Positions 31,451 to 35,210 of a stretch of 35,210 nucleotides of DNA are shown here, piece by piece. Origin of the DNA: Nemertoderma westbladi. Lineage: Eukaryota; Animalia; Xenacoelomorpha. Under the pieces are notes generated by a model. It had not been told where the DNA came from, searched no databases, and saw only the letters and a list, made by a program, of their open reading frames with translations. The translations under genes were made by a program, and so were the position numbers. The stretch lies in the NCBI GenBank assembly GCA_032718475.1, contig JAUCBJ010002870.1:1-35210 (forward strand). The letters are read 5' to 3'. Each line of letters begins with the position of its first letter. The first letter of the stretch is position 1.

Positions 31451-34400
31451 TGCGAGGGCCGAAATAGGTAAACCGCAACAACCGGCGACGGAAAGTAATA
31501 GGGGGATTGCGAGTATCCCCAGCGGCGTGCGACCGAGCAGAGAGAGACAGGTTGACGTCGTAAGAGGGCGGACGAAGCGTCGAGCCCGATCAGAAGAGGG
31601 AAGAAGAACAGTGGGGTTTAACCGGGAGGTCGACGAGAGATCTCACGAGCGGGAATACTCCACTGAAAGGAGAAGAAGAGAAGACAGTAGTAGAGGTATC
31701 GCCGCGAACGATAGAAGAGCGAGGACGGATAGCGAGCCGTCGGTGGTTGAGATGAGAACGGAGAGTCAGTGGGGTCGGACTCCGGGAGATTGCCGTCGCC
31801 CCGGAGAGATGCGACCCGGCGAGGCGCACTACGCGCCGAGAGAGGGGTACGCGATGTACCGGTACGAAGATGAGAACAGTAGAGGGGGGGGTCGAAGAGA
31901 AACTTTCCGACGGAATACACCTATCGATCGAGAATACGGTAGCCGCGGGGAGGATTATTCGAGAAGAATAAACTTCGATCCCGAACAACACATGCAGACT
32001 GTAGGACATACTGTAGGCCTTACTGCACATACCGTAGGCCATACTGAGAGAGGCAATGTAGGCGATAGGATAGCGTGGACAACGGGATTAAACCCGGAAG
32101 TCGCGGAATACATACCGGCGGGTAGGCCAGAAGCTGATAGGCCTATACCGGTACCAGCACAGCAGTATGACTACAGCATGCAGGGACATAACATATACCC
32201 AGGGGAGGGGGGAATTATTGCGGATAGGTGCATGGGCCCCAACATATTAACATCAACCCCAGTACCAAACATACCGGTGGGGGGGGGACAGGGTGACATT
32301 CCCCCATCACAATATCAACAATATACCCCGATAGTAGCAAGAACAACGAGACCCTTGGACGAAAACAGGTCGTGTGACACAGATATATGGAGGGGGCCGC
32401 TACCCCCGATGACATACCCAAGCCAGAGAAAGTCAAGAAATAGGACAGACGGAACGCACCAGACAGGAGAAACTATGCAGCACCCATCGAATCCATTGGA
32501 AGCGCAGGCGATAGGGATGGCCACGTTGATCGATGCGTTGAAAACGAGGATCGAGTTACCACCCGTGGAACCATTCAAGTTCGATGGGAGTAGGCCGGAA
32601 GAATATTTACAGTTTCGGCGAATGTATAGTAACGAAATACTAACAAAAAACTTGACGCAGGCGGAGTGCCTAAAGTATCTACAAGTGTACACGGGAGGCC
32701 CAGCATACGACATCGTGAGGCAATATCAGGGAATAGAGGGCGGCTTCACGACAGCATGGCGGGCACTGGATAGGGAATACGGGCACCCGGCCAAGATCAT
32801 CAGGCAGACGCTGAGAGGCATAACATCGGGTGGCCTACAGGATAATCCCGTTAGCATTAAGACGTTCGCTAACAAAGTCGAAAAGGCGCTAATCGTGCTG
32901 AAGACGCTAGACGCGCCGTACGAGCTCAATGCGTCCAACAACATCACCACGATAGCGCAGGCACTACCAAACTGGCTGCGCAACAAGTGGAGAAAAATCG
33001 CCTTCTCTACTCGAGATAAGAAGGGTGCGGAACCGGGTTTAGAAGAAATGTCAAACTTCTTAAACTACGAGGCTGAACTAATAACTGACCCAGTCTATAG
33101 CGAAGACAGCCTGGGAAAGGGACCGAAGACAGACTACCATAGACCGAAACCAGAGCACAACACATCGAACGCATTACCGAAACTTAGGCAATCATTGCCA
33201 TATGCAGCGACGCAGGGGACTGCAAGTCCACAGCTAGCCGAGAATAAGACAACATCATGGAACGGACAGGGAAATAATAATAACACGAATAAACATAACC
33301 CCAGTACGTCCAATCGGCAAAACCCAAACAATAAGAATAGTAGGGACTTTGGCACGAACGCAACTGCGATACGCAATGCACTCTATAAAGAGGGCTACGA
33401 CCCAAAGAGCAAATGTCAGCTACACGCAAATGCGCTTCATCAAACTATGAACTGCAGGTACTGGCAGGCGCTACCTAGGCAAGATCAGATAGATTATGCG
33501 TTCAGCAATAAAATCTGCTCGCGATGTGTAATGAGTGGACATAGAGCAAGGGAGTGTAAGGAGAAGCCAATGAAATTTGGTCAAAGGAGAGGCCAAACGA
33601 TGGCGACGAGCACAGTAGGGGCGAAGAAGAGAGGAACGGTGCTACTTGGAGTAGTACCAGTACGAGTGATCGGGGAAGGCAATCGATCAGTAACAACACT
33701 AATGCTGGTTGATAGTGGAGCTGCCTTCACATTAGTCGAGGAATGGGTGGCCGAGGAGATAGGATTGAGAACGAGGCCAAGCAGGATGGCGGTAACAACC
33801 ATCTCTAGCAAAGATGAGATCCTGGAGATGAGGACAGGACGGTGCGCAATTGCAGCAGTGGCACCAGGATGCGACTATGGGGCAACTATCGACCCCATTC
33901 AAGTGATAGAGTCAATTAATATCAATGCCAGGCGGCCAACCAACATCGAGGTTGAGCAGTACAAATTCCTGGACAACATTGACTTCTCAATCCCAGACGT
34001 GGACGTTAGGAAGGTATCCATCATAGTAGGTATGGACTGCCCAACAGCCCACGAAAGAATGCAAACGGTCTTCGGCGAAGACAAGCAGAGTGACCCGGTG
34101 GCCATATTAACACCATTCGGGTGGACACTGAGTGGTCCAATCAAGAGCAAGATACCATTTAGGATGTCGGAGACATCAGGATGCATGTTCGCGGGAACAA
34201 TGCAGGAAATGAGTGACGAGGGAGCAGAGGAGCAGCTCAAAAGACTGCTCAGACAAGATTTCGAGGGACTGAAAGAAACCGGGGTCGGGACCTCGGTAGA
34301 AGACAAACAGGCATTACAAAGCGTGGAGGAATCAATGACGTGCGATGAGGGACGGTATACTATAGGAATGGTATGGAAACTACCGAAGATACCGTTACCC

Positions 34401-35210
34401 GACAATAGGGGGATGGTACTCACGAGACTCCGCAAGCTGAAACAAACACTAAAACGGAGCCCCGAGAAGAATGAGTACATCCACAGGACGATTAAGAAGT
34501 ACGTCGAGAAAGGATGGGCCGTGGAGTTACCGGTCGACGAGCCGAACACGGATAGAACATATTACCTGCCACTGCACGTGGCTTTAGATCCAAAGAAAGG
34601 TAAACTAAGGATGGTAGTCGACGCATCGGCAAAGACCGACGGAAAGTGCTTAAACGACTACCTGTTAGAAGGCCCAAACATTTACAATTCGGGCATAGAG
34701 GTGTTACTTAGATTTCGAAATGGGAAACACGCCTTCACGTGTGACATAGAAGGCATGTTCAACCAAGTCCGTGTAACGGAAGAAGATAGCGACAGTCAAC
34801 GCTTCTTATGGTATAACGGCGAAGAAGAACCGCCGATAATACCAGCATATAAGATGGTAGTACAGAACATGGGGGCCAAGTCGTCTTCATTCACGACGAC
34901 TATGGCAGTGAGAGATACAGTAAAGGGGAAGGAAGATAGATACAGCAGTAGGGCCGTCGATATGATTCGACGCGGCTTCTACGTAGACGACGGAATGGAG
35001 TCTGGGAATACGGTTAAGGAGATACTGGATACAGGGCGCGAGGTTCGCGACATCCTAAAAGGATCCGGCTTTAACCTGACCAAATTCCAATCCAGTTCGG
35101 AAGAATTTATCAAAGCCATAGAGGACAGGAAACCAGAATCGACCATGGATAACCCCACAACAGCCAAAGGGCAGGACATGGCGATTAAGAGAACAGAATC
35201 TCAGCAGAAG
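31401..35210 (+). CDS. Copy C gag-pol open frame (Gag, protease, RT up to and past YVDD), 3'-partial
   Basis: Frame opens after TAG at 31398-31400 and ends in register at the window edge (ESQQK). It has sense codons where copy A has stops (CGA vs TGA, TTA vs TGA). It is probably missing from the ORF track because no stop is reached; not every codon was checked. Confidence 0.88.

Larger units (their letters stand above)
28426..35210 (+). mobile_element. BEL/Pao LTR retrotransposon copy C, runs off the window
   Basis: LTR at 28426-28954, then gag-pol colinear with copy A. The left flank CTCAG is the predicted TSD. Confidence 0.95.

Overview
Eukaryotic, probably invertebrate, repeat-dense DNA made almost entirely of transposons and tandem repeats. 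In order: the 3' part of an RTEX-like LINE with an open APE-RT frame (1-3200); a ~197-bp palindrome; 68-bp and 32-bp minisatellites flanking a putative small two-exon gene with a signal peptide (- strand); an L2-like LINE fragment; and three related BEL/Pao LTR elements in or beside a 67-bp satellite. Copy A (- strand, 6495-16954) is decayed and lacks its 3' LTR. Copy B (19704-25245) is a complete non-autonomous element with 530-bp LTRs, a TCCAC target duplication and a nested CRE-like RLE retrotransposon. Copy C (28426 to the window end) has an open gag-pol frame. Main finding: none of the three has a TGG-type tRNA primer-binding site. Instead, the 9-10 nt right after each 5' LTR are complementary to a segment inside the element's own LTR, and the two sequences co-vary across all three copies. 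This suggests Tf1-like self-priming in a BEL/Pao lineage. The family also has co-varying hairpin arrays and a conserved bulged hairpin in its 3' region, a degenerate triple zinc-knuckle ORF (copy A), and a ~1000-aa low-complexity Gag N-terminal extension. All calls come from reading the sequence by eye; no searches were run.
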